In this document: one piece after another, positions 50,834 through 62,798 of the stretch
How positions within the stretch are numbered: position 1 is the stretch's first letter
Layout: every line of letters starts with the position of its first letter
Assembly: GCA_964252035.1 (NCBI GenBank)
Contig: OZ176209.1
DNA length: 64,000 nucleotides
Strand: one strand, 5' to 3'
Source of the DNA: Podarcis erhardii
Taxonomy: Eukaryota
The notes under the pieces: generated by a model
Databases searched by the model: none
Told to the model about the DNA's origin: nothing
The model's input: only the letters and a program-made list of their open reading frames with translations
Position numbers and translations under genes: made by a program

Positions 50834-51015
50834 GGGTTGCAGCTGAGTGGTGCAGCAAATGCTTTTGGTACAAAAAGTCCCAGTTCAATCCTTGGTAAGT
50901 CGAAGGAGGGCTGAGAAATATTTCTGTCTGAAACTCTCAGGAGCTGCTATCATTCAGTGTTGACAATACTGAACTAGATGAACCACTGGTCTAACTCTAC
51001 ATAAGGAAAGCCTTC
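50834..51015 (+). mobile_element. tRNA-derived SINE (squamate family), near full length, degenerate
   Basis: GCAGCTGAGTGG...AAGTCCCAGTTCAATCC head; GACAATACTGAACTAGATGAACCACTGGTCT tail. Confidence 0.65.
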
Positions 51016-51927
51016 AGTTCGCCTCTGTTACTAGATCCAAGAAGTAAATACCTAGTCACTCAGGATGAAGCAATTTAACAGTTTCAAAGGTGTCTGGCCA
51101 AAAATCAGTGAAAGCCCAGAGCTTGAAAGCAATGAGGCAAAACCTGCTGAAAATAAAAATATGCTAGTTTTACTGACTAATAACTTTTTATTTAGAAAAG
51201 TTACTGGATTTTATTCTTCAAATAGGTAAACTTTGGCAGGTTTGACTAAGAATTTACATAGGAAGCACTGGGCTGAAAAAGTCAGCTCAGCTCCACACTT
51301 ATGCAGAAAAAGCCAAATCCTATCACATGAGACTGAGCACAGCAATTAACATAATGCTATTAGCATAAGGTCATTATATCAGTCTGTAAATTGGCCACAT
51401 TTAGAATTCTGTGTATATATAATCAATGCGCCTCAAAAGAATATTATGAAAGTTAAGGAGGTACAGAAAAAGACAACTAAGATTCTTAGAAGGCTGAGAA
51501 TTTATTGGACCACTTTAACAATGTCAAAAGGCTTTGAGGTTATGGTTTTTCAATTTAGAGGGAAAGGATAGCTTAATGTGGAATCACAGTTAAGAAGCAC
51601 AAAACACAATTTCTAAAATGTAGTCTCTTATAGCTATTACAGCCACTGTGCCTTCACACAGAGTTTCTTATTTCTAACAGAGAAAGCCCTGTACTGTATG
51701 GCAGAAAAGTTCATCTATGCTTGCTAATTACATATATGCTACTCCAATAAGATTTATCATCTTACCTATTTTTCCAAGTTAACTAGAGAGATTGTCAACA
51801 GCTAAGAACCTAAATTGCTGTTCACTTTTATACTGGTAACTATTTTTGAGATAAGCCACTATCTACGCAGCAGTCCTTAGTTCAAGAGTTAGTTATGGCA
51901 ATATAGCCAGATTTCAAATATCTAGAG

Positions 51928-52063
51928 CAGGCTTCCTCAACCTCGGCCCTCCAGTTGTTTTGAGACTACAATTCCCATCATCCCTGACCACTGGTCCTGC
52001 TAGCTAGGGATCATGGGAGTAGTAGGCCAAAAACATATGGAGGGCCGAGGTTGAGGAAGCCTG
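51928..52063. mobile_element. Full-length palindromic hAT MITE
   Basis: CAGGCTTCCTCAACCTCGGCCCTCCA ... TGGAGGGCCGAGGTTGAGGAAGCCTG, near-perfect hairpin; TSD not evident. Confidence 0.85.
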
Positions 52064-52879
52064 TAGTACTTAAAAGTGACATTCAGGTGTTGTAATCTCA
52101 TTCATAAATTTCATCAAAACCCTTCAAAAGGTAATCACAATCAGTGTTACAATCATACATTTTATTTAAGATTTTTGATGGTTGCACTAAAATCATTTTT
52201 ATTGTTCTCACAAATGTAATGTTACTACACACACACTGTTATGGGCATGACCAAAACTGAAATAATTACAGGAAAAGGACATATATTAACAACGTAATGA
52301 TATGGTCCTTGGGAAGGCATCTAAGGAGCCACAGAGTGTTTTGGATCTCCCCCCTCTGAGGGTGGAGAGAGACCTCATACACCATACAACATCTAAACCT
52401 CTGTGGCCCCTGCCTTACTGACACTGGAGTTCTGACTTCTGTAGAAGAAGGGATGTGTCAAATCTGGAGAAATCTCCATTTCAGGCCAATACTGCATAGA
52501 GAAATATGCTGGGGAGAATTAAAGGCTTGTCCACACATCTGCTTGCCCTGCCACATTTCTCTGAAGAAAAAGAAAAATGCTCTTTACTGCTGAATCGGAG
52601 CAAACGCCAACTGGGTTTTCAGCAGATTAACATTTGCTCCGATTCAGTGGTAAAAGAGCTGGTTTTGCCAGGTAAAGATGTGGAACAAATGTAAAACCAC
52701 TCAGACCCATGCCTAGAAAGCACAGGACAAGCAGAAAACCTTTTGGACCACTGCTTTCAAGGAATGGGACAAGCGGACATGTGAACGAGCCCCCAGATTG
52801 AACTGACCAAGTCAATTGTCTTTTGGAACTTATGAATCATGAAATATATGCTTTAGTAAAAGTTTATTTTTGGGAGGGA

Positions 52880-53010
52880 GAATTATTACTATTTTTATTG
52901 TTCTTGTTATTATTAAAATTAGTATAGCACCCTATACCTGCAGGTCTCAGGGCAGTTCACAACATAAATCACAATATCAAAATACATAATAAAAATAAGA
53001 GCAACCTAAT
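52880..53010 (-). mobile_element. L2-type 3' tail fragment
   Basis: ATT-rich tail followed by CACCCTATACCTGCAGGTCTCAGGGCAGTTCACA. Confidence 0.45.
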
Positions 53011-53196
53011 AATCCCCCCTCCCCAAATTAATATGCAAGTTTAATACCCTTTAAAATGAAGAGAAGCAAAGCAGTTCAAAGTTCAGAAGCCTTATCCTTT
53101 GCCATAAACCAGTGAGAGAGATAGAGAGCTCAATGGTTGATTTATACATGCAACAAGGTCTTTACCTAACCTCAATGAAACCCTGATTGCTTACCC

Positions 53197-53328
53197 CAGG
53201 GTTGTCATATTTCAAAAAGTGAAAATATAATTGTTGAGCTTTTTTTTTTTCTTGCCAAAGTTGTTGAGCTTTTTATGAGGGTCAAATCCAGGCTATGTCT
53301 GGGAAATTCTGGACATACGGCAGCCCTA
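53197..53328. mobile_element. Short hAT MITE
   Basis: Ends CAGGGTTGTCATA / TACGGCAGCCCTA; 8-bp TSD GCTTACCC / GCTTACTC (7/8). Confidence 0.7.
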
Positions 53329-54018
53329 GCTTACTCTGTAATTACCACTTGGGGATACACCTAACACAAGAACGTTTTTTGAAGATGTTTCTCATGCCTA
53401 CAGGTTACTTCTCCTTATGTGAAACCAAAACATACAACTGCTGGGCATGTGCTCTAATTTAATCACAAGTGCTATGGAAGAACAATATCATGAGCGGCAC
53501 AGCGTTGGAATAGTAAATATATAAATGTATTTCTTTCATCAAGTTTCCTAGATACAGTTTCTCATCAGGGTACCTTCAAGTAGCAGACAACTCAGACAAG
53601 TTTTCTATCAGGAGTTTTAAAATCCAGTCTAGATTAGTCCAACACATCACCAAAATAGAAGCTGGTATTATTGTTTCTGAAAATGCTACAAGGATAATAA
53701 GTAAGATTATATAAACTTGAAACATATCTTTAAAGTTTAAGTTCTGGAAAAGAATAAGAGCTTGTACAATTACTTTTCTTTGCATTCAGCAGTTATATCT
53801 TGATCTGAAATAAGTTTACAAGCAGCTTCTCTTTCCTGATATAGTAAGCGGAAGGGCTTTCTTGATATAGAATATTATGAAGGAACTTCTTTTTATTAGT
53901 TACTCAGATGTCAGCTTTTCTGGGGAATGAAAAGAATGCTTCATAAAGTTTTCATATTGCTTGCCATAAAATCAGTGGACAACAGACAATTCAAGAACAG
54001 CCTATGCAAACATGTGAT

Positions 54019-54200
54019 TCATGGAATCATAAAATCGTAGAGTTGGAAGGGACCCTGAGGGTCATGTAATCCAACCCACTGCAATGCAGGAATCTCAATT
54101 AAATCATACATGACAGATGGCCATCCAACCTCTTCTTAAAACTGCCAAGGAATGAGAGTCCACCACCTCTTGCGGAAATCTGTTCCACTTCACAACAGAA
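54019..54200 (-). mobile_element. CR1 LINE 3' end fragment
   Basis: TCATAAAATCGTAGAGTTGGAAGGGACC...CAGATGGCCATCCAAC, the reverse complement of the 312-464 sequence. Confidence 0.75.
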
Positions 54201-55273
54201 GAGTCCTACCATTTAACTCTTAGCCCAAACAGTGAATAGACTCTATCAGGTGATATGAGTTAGTTCACATTTCCTTAAAATAAAGCCCATTTTCACACAT
54301 TAGGTAAAGCATTTGTAGTGACATTAGTACCCTTTCTTTTCACAAGTTCATTATTCTAGCATATGATACATATCATGTACTTGTAGAAGGCAGAGAAAAA
54401 ACCATTATCATTGATTCTTAAGAGGAACAAAGAACTAAATTCTTATTATAAGATCACAATGAGCCAGTGTAATATAACTGCAAAGATAGCTAACGAGTAC
54501 TGGAGGGTTATCCTCATGATTCACCAAAGAGAAAACCTTGATCACATTCTCTCCACTGGTACAATGATAGACCCATGCACATGAACAGAAAGCAAGATCT
54601 CTCATTAGAAACTGGAATTACTTCTGTTTTGGAATGGTAATGTGTTATGTGTAAATACTGTTCTAAGATTCCATAAAACAGTTTAGCACAATGTTGATTC
54701 TTTACTTTCTTTACCATTTACCAACTTACAAAAAGATATGCTTAAGCACCTTATGGTACAGTACATTTTAAATTAGCCAAGACTTCAGGGAACAAGACAG
54801 CCTATGAACACAAGAGACAGAGGGGGGAAAGAAGCAAGAAACTAGAGTTGGGAACTGAAGACTAATGGAATAGTATGATTTCCCACCAATTACCGTGTCC
54901 TCACAGCCACCTTATGATACAGTTGCTTGAGAGTTTCTCCCATCAAAGTCAAACCTGACAGTAAATCACACTAGGTATATCAAATTTGAAAAGAGTAGAA
55001 ATTTGGACTTTTCCATGTGTAGCCTTTAGTCCCTAACCCATAGCTCAGAGTTTTACACTGTCATTGTTCCTTCATATGCACATTATCTTGCTGTCTGAAG
55101 CCTAACAGGGGGTGGGAAGAAAAATGTAATGAAACTGATAAACTTTTCATTTGTGCAAGCTAAGCATCTGCATAGCAGATAAAAAGCAAATTTCAGGGGG
55201 ACAAGTTGGTATATAATACTGATTTATTTCAAACCTAACCTAAATTTCCTACCTTAAGCATATGAAAGGTATA

Positions 55274-55427
55274 CAGGTAACCCCGTTTTAGGTGTGACCA
55301 ATATGTGTGCAATTGCACACACACGCTGAACCTGCAAATGTCATTAAAGATGTCACTAAAAGGGTGGAACAGGGGCAAGCGTGCAATGACCAGGAAAGCA
55401 ACCCCTGCGCAAATCGGGGGTTGCCTG
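55274..55427. mobile_element. Tigger-like MITE (degenerate)
   Basis: TA|CAGGTAACCCCG ... CGGGGGTTGCCTG; right TA not intact. Confidence 0.5.
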
Positions 55428-56255
55428 CATGTATATCTTAATAGAACATTATATAATGCACTCTTGTATGTTGCTTGGAAATGCACAGCTGACAGGAGGT
55501 AAACTGACCTCTATCACTAGTCAGGTGACAATGTGTCACCGGGAGGGTGAACCACCTGACTTTCAGGAAAAATAACATGACATAGGGGAGGCCAACCAGG
55601 CCCAATTCATCAAGATGGCATGGCTGCTCCAATGCCTGAACTGCAGCTAAAATATTACATCCATTTTCCACATGGTCTAGTCCTTCCCCTGCCCATCTCC
55701 CTAATAGTCTTAAGAGGGTCTCTTCTCCAGTCTTCGAAGAGTAGCTGGAGGCACGGAGGCAGAAAAAGGTACTCCTTTCCTTCCACTCTGCAGTTTTAAT
55801 CTGAAATCTTAGGTGCAGTACTGTGCCCAGAACTCAGAAACAGCTCACACTAGTGCAAATACCTGTCGCAAAATGCGCCTTGAACAATGGGAGTTTCGAA
55901 CACTGCCTGAGACAATTTTGCTGTTTTACCGTTTTGTCTTTTGTATATCTCTGATTACTGTTTAAGTATGTATCTTACATTGTAAAGTATCTGAAGTGCA
56001 CTGGAATAAATGTGGTTTATAAACACAGTACTATTAAACATACATTCTGGTACAAGCTAAATCTACAGCTTCAAAAAAGTTAATGTCAAATCAGAAATTA
56101 ATACGCCACCATACAATGGCAGGTGTGTGGCATTTGAAGTACACCGAGGTTGTCAACTGGACATTTTTCTAGGTGACTCTTGCAGAGCACAAATAACTAG
56201 CAAGTTTTCTCAAGAACTCTCTGAAAGGTTAACACAACTACACACTGGCAATCTA

Positions 56256-56614
56256 GGTAAAGGTAAAGGTACCCCTGACCGTTAAGTCCAGTCGCAGATG
56301 ACTCTGGGGTTGAGCGCTCATCTCGCTCTATAGGCCAAGGAGCCAGCGTTTGTCCACAGACAGCTTCCGGGTCATGTGGCCAGCATGACTAAGCTGCTTC
56401 TGGAGAACCAGAGCAGCGCACAGAAACACCGTTTACCTTCCAGCCGGAGCGGGACCTATTTATCTACTTGCACTGCATACTTTCAAACTGCTAGGTGGGC
56501 AGGAGCTGGGACCGAAAAACGTGAGCTTACCCCATCACAGGGATTCGAACCGTCGACCTTCTGACTGGCAAGCCCTAGGCTCTGTGGTTTAGACCACAGC
56601 ACCACTCGCGTCCC
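56256..56614 (-). mobile_element. Sauria SINE, full length
   Basis: tRNA head at the right end (GGATTCGAACC = B box reversed), (ACCTTT)n BovB-type tail at the left; flanking direct repeat GCAATCTA at 56248-56255 and 56616-56623. Confidence 0.92.
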
Positions 56615-57361
56615 TGCAATCTACACATACAATAAATTATTTGAAAGCTAACTGCCATGGCTTAACAAGCCAACTGTTTAACAGGAATCATGTAGGTAAT
56701 GCTCTCATTGAAATTACATCATCCTTCATGAAGGCTTCTTAATTTACTTATTACAATCCATCACTCACAGGTATACTCCAAAGAGCATAATAAATATTGG
56801 TTCAATAGTTGTTGATCCAATAATTCAACAAACAAAATGGAGACCACATTGGTTTGGAACACCTGCTCACTAATATAGAAAGTCACCTTCACTGCAGCAC
56901 CATGGACAGGGTACAACAAAACCACAATTTTCCTCCAAGAAACTCAAAAGATTTGAAGTTTAGGCTTGACGTTTAAGAATTCTGCTGGGATAAACTAAAC
57001 TGGTGTCTTAAACACAGTTCAGATTGTTTTACTACAATGAAACCAGAGCTGGAAGGAAGTTCCACTGAGTACTTGCTGTCTGATCAGCCATTTGCACAGG
57101 TGGGTTTCTTGTTCCCTCACTGTGAATATATATAAAAATTAAATAAGATTGGCCTGTTGAAAATTCAAATACAATTCATGCTCATAACAATATGCCTAAG
57201 TTAATATACCTGCATCTTTTTTTTAATAGTCAAGCTTCACTACAACAGGAGCAAATTTACAATTTACAGCTTCCACCTTGCATAAGAAATGCTATTCCTA
57301 TGATTAAAATGCATTAGCCCCGCGTTCCTCAAAACATTTCTTTTAAAAATGATCTTAAATA

Positions 57362-57587
57362 CAGTGGTACCTCGGGTTACAGACACTTCAGGTTACAGAC
57401 TCTGCTAACCCAGAAATAGTACCTCGGGTTAAGAACTTTGCTTCAGGATGAGAACAGAAATTGTGCTCCAGTGGCGCAACGGCCGCAGGAGGCCCCATTA
57501 GCTAAAATGGTGCTTCAGATTAAGAACAGTTTCAGGTTAAGAACGGACCTCCGGAACAAATTAAGTACTTAACCAGAGGTACCACTG
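57362..57587. mobile_element. Tc1/mariner (Tigger-like) MITE, 226 bp
   Basis: TA|CAGTGGTACCTCGGGTTA ... GAGGTACCACTG|TA; repeated CTTCAGGTTAAGAAC motifs. Confidence 0.9.
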
Positions 57588-57723
57588 TACTGTATTTGCA
57601 ATTCTGTTGGTTTCCCTGTAACTCTCTCCAAACTTCAGGAAGGAGACTTCCATCTTGGCCAAAAATATAATATAAATATATTTAAGCCTACATGTAAACA
57701 TAGCTGCTTGTACTTAAGATGTT

Positions 57724-58075
57724 AATAAGAGCACTGCTGAATTGTACCAAAGGTCTATCTAGTCTAGCATTCTGTTCCCACAGCAGCCAACCAGGTATCT
57801 ATGGGAATCCCATAAGCAGGACATAAGCACAATAGCACTTTCCCACTCAGAGTCCCCAAGTATTCAGGTGCATACTGCATCTGACACTGGAATATACAGT
57901 CATCACAGATAGCCATTGCTACCCTTTTCTGCACCTGTACATGCCACCCTATATGCTTGGACAGCAGCAAATACTGAACATCTTGAAATATTGTATCGAT
58001 AAAATGCACATCATTCTTCCTTACTATGGCTTATCAAAGCTTGTATTTAAACCAGGGTGGTATCATGAATTAAAG
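57724..58075 (-). mobile_element. CR1-type LINE 3' fragment
   Basis: ATAAGAGCACTGCTG...CTATCTAGTCTAGCATTCTGTTCCCACAGCAGCCAACCAG, a sauropsid CR1 tail in reverse. Confidence 0.65.
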
Positions 58076-58147
58076 AGGTCAATGAGTCAGATGAAGACAC
58101 GGCTGCCTTATACCAAGTCAGCCCCAGTGTTGTCCATCTTAACTGGC

Positions 58148-58270
58148 AGTACCTCTCCCAAAGGCTCAAGCAGAGGTCGTTCCCAACCCTAAATTTAAAA
58201 GCCTTCTAACTGGAGACGTTAGGATTTAACCTGGGATGTTCTGTAGGTAAACCATGTGCTCTACCACAGA
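58148..58270 (-). mobile_element. Degenerate tRNA-derived SINE fragment
   Basis: GGATTTAACCTGGGATGTTCTG...TGTGCTCTACCAC = reversed tRNA-like head. Confidence 0.5.
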
Positions 58271-59682
58271 ATAATAACCCTTCAAGAATGAGAAAAATCC
58301 CTTGTAGAAGCCAAACAATTACTTCCAACAGGGCAGAAATAAAGTTTAAATTAAATGTACAATGATTCTTGTGACAACTTTGCTTTATCAGATTAACACC
58401 ACAGTATTTCAAGGATGGAATATTCTCAACCTGCAAATTTAAAAGTCACATTGGCAACTAATGATTGAGAGGGGCTATGTTTTGAGTCATGAAAGGACTA
58501 AAGGGCCAGCAATATTGGCTCTGTTCATACCTCACTATAATTGAAGCCAAGAAAAAGGCAAAAGGTTTATTAAGGCAAACATGCAGAATGTGGACAACAC
58601 CATATTTTGGCATCCTGCTGCTATCTCAATCCCTGACTCCCACTAATATGCCATGAATAGGCAAGTAAAAATAAGCAGCTGAATATTGTCAAAAACTCTG
58701 CTCAAAACCCAGTTGCTTTTCATATTTGAGTGTGTTACAAACTGTGTCATACAAACTGGAGAGAAGAGGGTTAACAGAGTTATTTGCCCATGTATAGAAT
58801 AATCCACATAGGTGAGCTAGTAGCTGGCCTGATAGCAGCCCTACACTACTGCCTCTTATCAGAAGCTTCTGATGCCTAGACTAGGCACCTGGAGAACAAC
58901 TGCCCACTCCTAACATTTTTTGAGCTGTTAGATGCAGTATCTTCTTCTTCTCATTATTATTATTATTATTATCTTTTCGAAACTAATTACTTTTAGTACT
59001 TCAAAGCTGCAACCACATTCTGAAGAAACCACTATTAATGAACACAACAAATAGTCTGAAGCAAAGCTTATGAACTAGGGCTCTAGCTAAGTTGTTCAGC
59101 AACTGAATGTATCAAGTACTGTAGCACATTATATCATCAACCTCTCATGTACATGAGAGATTTTAGCAAAATTGGTTTTTCTAAGCAAGCAGCTGGGCAG
59201 TTCCTCCTAATTAATTATATTAAAACATTTCAATCATGTTAGTCAACAATTCAAGATATGTACTTGAGTCATAGTTTTATGTCTATGTATTTTACTGCAA
59301 ATTAGTTCAGATTACCTAGAGAAGTACTGCTTTTCCCTTTCGCAGAAAGAGGCACCTACATTATTCCTATACCTGCAAATGAATGAATAACCCATACACC
59401 TTATGCACTAATTCTATGGCAAATAGGTTTCATGGTGACATCACTCTTCAAAATGCCCCTTCTCTTGGCAGGAAAGCATTCACTTTCCCTATAGCACCTT
59501 CTTTTTCCCATACCATCCTAAAAGAGAAATATTTGATGACTTCTCCAAATCCCAACTTTATGCCTCAATCTTCCCATCAATCAAAAGGGATAAATGCCAC
59601 ATATTATTTATGTAAGTGCTCAAGTCTACAACCCACGTAGAATTCAAGTATCCCCCACCCCCGTGGTGCACTGGAAAAAAGG

Positions 59683-59815
59683 GGGGGTAGCTCAGCCAGA
59701 AGAGCACAAGACTCTTAATCTCAGGGCTGTGGATTCGAATGCCACGTTGGGCAACAGATTCCTGCATTGCAAGGGGTTGGACTAGATGATCCTCATGGTC
59801 CCTTCCAACTCTACA
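59683..59815 (+). mobile_element. tRNA-Lys(CTT)-derived SINE with CR1-type tail
   Basis: TAGCTCAG...GAGCACAAGACTCTTAATCTCAGGG..GTGG.TTCGA..CCACGTTGGGC follows tRNA-Lys-CTT and is fused to CCTGCATTGC...GGTCCCTTCCAACTCTAC. Confidence 0.85.
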
Positions 59816-60760
59816 AAACCCAGAAAAAGTAATAGGGCTGGCCATTTGCCTTTTCTACCTGAAGAAACATTCAAGTGTGAGTTTATGGGAAAGACGCATG
59901 AGTTGAACAGCATATATACATTCTGAAAAGATTTAATAATTAAGATATTCTATTATTTTTCCATATAAACAATTGCTTCATTCCAGCAGGACATTACATA
60001 TTTGCAAATGGAATGAAAATGGTCAATAAGACCATCACCCTACAACTGAATTTGATTACTTTCTGCAGTAACTATGGATAGTAACTCAGACTTGTTCACA
60101 CTGTGCAGTTCTACTGTTTATACATTACAGCACCTGCGTCAGAAGTAATTCTGGATGGGGGCATACAAAATCTTTATGTAGTATATTTTGGATGTAACTT
60201 GTATTGTGATGCTCTGCATACATTCTTCGAATTACATTTTTAGGAGCCATATGCTTCAAGAGAAGTCTCACGTTATGCAACTTTTTAAGAAGTCAGTGAC
60301 GAGCTAAAGGATACATTGGTTATTTCACAATTATGACTGATGAGAAATGCAGAAGTTGTGTGTATTTATTCTTCTAACAAATTAGTCCAGTATGAATTGA
60401 TTAGGCTCTCCCAAGACATATGGCTCAAAGATGCCAACTTAAACAACATGATCTGATACCTTTTAGTGTGCAACACTTTCTCTTAAAGAAGCCAAGAATA
60501 ATAATGAAAATACGGAGTTATAAATGCCTTGTTCCATTCGTTGTGGCCCCTGTACCATACAGTGACAATTCTCTCTTAGAAGAAACTTTCTTTTTTTGAC
60601 AAGGCAAGAAAGTTGGTATACAAATAAAAATAGTTACAAATGTCTAACTGTCAAACATATCTAAACGGATGAATGTGTTACTTCTGTTTGGGGGATTAGA
60701 AACTAAGAACTTCAGAATGATTTAAACCTGGTATAATGTGTTTGACTATCAAACCATATA

Positions 60761-60986
60761 CAGTGGTACCTCGGGTTAAGTACTTAATTCGTTCCGGAGG
60801 TCTGTTCTTAACCTGAAACTGTTCTTAACCTGAAGCACCACTTTAGCTAATGGGGCCTCCTGCTGCTACCGCGCCACCAGAGCACGATTTCTGTTCTCAT
60901 CCTGAAGCAAAGTTCTTAACCTGAAGCACGATTTCTGGGTTAGCAGAGTCTGTAACCTGAAGCGTATGTAACCTGAGGTACCACTG
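60761..60986. mobile_element. Tc1/mariner (Tigger-like) MITE, 226 bp, same family as 57362 in opposite orientation
   Basis: TA|CAGTGGTACCTCGGGTTAAG ... CTGAGGTACCACTG|TA. Confidence 0.9.
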
Positions 60987-61863
60987 TATGAAGTTACTTG
61001 AACAAACGATTTCCTAAAACTACATGTTTTATGGGGACTGTATGAATTTGTTGAACCACAAGGAACAAGTACACCAGACATATTTAATAATTTGTTCAGT
61101 CGTTATAATTTCAAGAAATAAAGTCACGTCAATAATCATTTGCTCTTATTATTACTATCACCATGCTAACATGCCTATGGCCACAAAGGCAGTAGCTAAT
61201 ATGATCTGGATTTTTTTTTTAAAAAAAAGGTAAACACAGACAGTATTACAGCATGCACATCACCACCACTTCAATCTAAACCAATTTATTAGAAGTCACA
61301 AGCAGAACTCTTAAGCCCTTAAGTAGTGAAAGGTAGTGAAGCCAATTACATGCCAATTTCTAGAGCCCAGCTCCTGACTGCATTACTTCCTAGGCTTACA
61401 TTACATACAATGTATGTCCTACACTAGCATAGATTTTCCTCCTGAGAAACATGTTTACCTTTAGTACACAGGGTATAGAAATCTGTCAGGAATTACTACC
61501 CTAATAAAAAAGTATGTGTGGAGTGGCAGGAGGAGGCGGGGAGAGATACATGAAGGAACCATAACCTCACTTTGAAGGAAGAAAGGAAATGCAGACCATG
61601 GAAGAGAAAGCGGTGAAAGGCCTTCAACCTTACTTAATCGGAGCATCCCACAAAACATAAGGCATGAGGAACTGACTTCTGTATAACGGGAAAGCCGTAC
61701 GGGAACGTAAGAGGAAATTTTAAAAATCTAGGGAAATTCGAAATGCCCATCACAATAGGGCAAGAGGGGACACTTAACTGCCACCCACTACCAAACACAC
61801 GTGCTGCTGCTGGAGAGGCTGGATACTCCCCTCCCCACCAACCACCACCTCTTTCAATACTGT

Positions 61864-61903
61864 GGAAGGAAGGAAGGAAGGAAGGAAGGAAGGAAGGAAG
61901 GAA
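61864..61903. repeat. (GGAA)10 microsatellite
   Basis: Direct reading. Confidence 0.95.
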
Positions 61904-62428
61904 GGAGAGAGAAACCTCCTCCTGCTCAGCACCTTATCAGACCCAAAGCCTATGAGCGATAGGTTCCTCCTGAACATGCACACGCGAGAAGCGGCGGCGG
62001 AGGGGTGGGGATGGGGATGCGAAGGAGGCGCTGCCCGAGAGCCCTCCGCCTCTCTTGACTCCCCAGCCCCCGCCCTGAGCAGCCACAGCGTGGCCTCCGC
62101 CTCGCTCCGAGCCCCCTCTCCATCCAGCTGGTCCCCGGCGCGAGCGGCCAGGCGCCGGCAACCCCTCGGACCACCCTTGCGCTCCTGAGGGAGGCGAGCC
62201 GGCCCTCGCCGCCCCCGCCGCCGCCGCCGGGGCAGGGGCAGGAGCCGCCCTGGCTGGCCCCAGCCCGCCTTCCCGCCCCTCCGGCCACAGGGAGCCCCGG
62301 CGCCGGCCCAGGGTCTGGAGCAGGCGCATGAGGGATGGCCGAGGCCTGCAGGCTCCCCGCGAAGCCTCCGCTCTCTCGTAGCTAGGCAGCCCCGGCTAGC
62401 GCTCCCCGAGCCCCGGCTGCTCACTCAC

Positions 62429-62690
62429 CCGCCGCCTCGTCGTCCCTGCTCCACGGCGACCGGCTGTCTGGCGGCGGGGGCGGCGATACCCTCTCGCGCT
62501 CCCTTCCTCCCGCTCGCTCGCTCGCTCGCTCGGCTTCTATAGCAGCGGGGAAGGGGTCCGGGCGGCTCCTCCGACGACCTTTATGTGAGAGACGGGTAAT
62601 CTCCAGGCTCTGCGCGCTCCGCTGCCAGACCGGCCACCATCTTACATTAGGGAGAGACTGCTTGCCTGCCCCGGACGCTGCTTCCAAGGC
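62429..62690 (-). other. CNOT4: CNOT4 non-coding exon 1 (TSS approximate)
   Basis: Donor GCGG|GTGAGT at 62428 inside the CpG island; exon 2 begins with 5'UTR and needs an upstream exon. Confidence 0.75.
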
Positions 62691-62698
62691 GCATGCGC
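62689..62698. promoter_or_regulatory. NRF1 motif
   Basis: Perfect palindrome GCGCATGCGC at the promoter. Confidence 0.75.
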
Positions 62699-62779
62699 AC
62701 GAGCCGCCGGAGAGGCGGGTGCGGGGGAAAGGAAAAAGGTAGAAGGCGACGCGACGAGAGAGAGAGAGAGAGGGAGAGA

Positions 62780-62798
62780 GCATGACGGGAGTTGTAGT
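62780..62798 (-). promoter_or_regulatory. ZNF143/THAP11 (SBS) motif
   Basis: Reverse complement ACTACAACTCCCGTCATGC fits the ACTACAnnTCCCA..ATGC consensus, just upstream of exon 1. Confidence 0.75.

Larger units (their letters stand above)
9005..62700 (-). other. CNOT4: CNOT4 gene span (CCR4-NOT complex subunit 4, RING E3 ligase); both ends approximate
   Basis: Coding exons of 174+198+87+102+126+125+58+250+498+213+302 = 2133 nt join in frame to a 710-aa protein: C4C4 RING, coiled coil, RRM, CCCH zinc finger and low-complexity C-terminus, matching vertebrate CNOT4. Confidence 0.97.

Noticed and set aside
59683-59755. tRNA-Lys gene
   Set aside because: Acceptor stem and D arm are disrupted and the sequence is fused to a CR1 tail, so it is a SINE.
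61774-62783. Multiple overlapping 100-216-aa ORFs
   Set aside because: Expected stop-codon scarcity in a GC-rich CpG island; low-complexity G/A/R/P translations.
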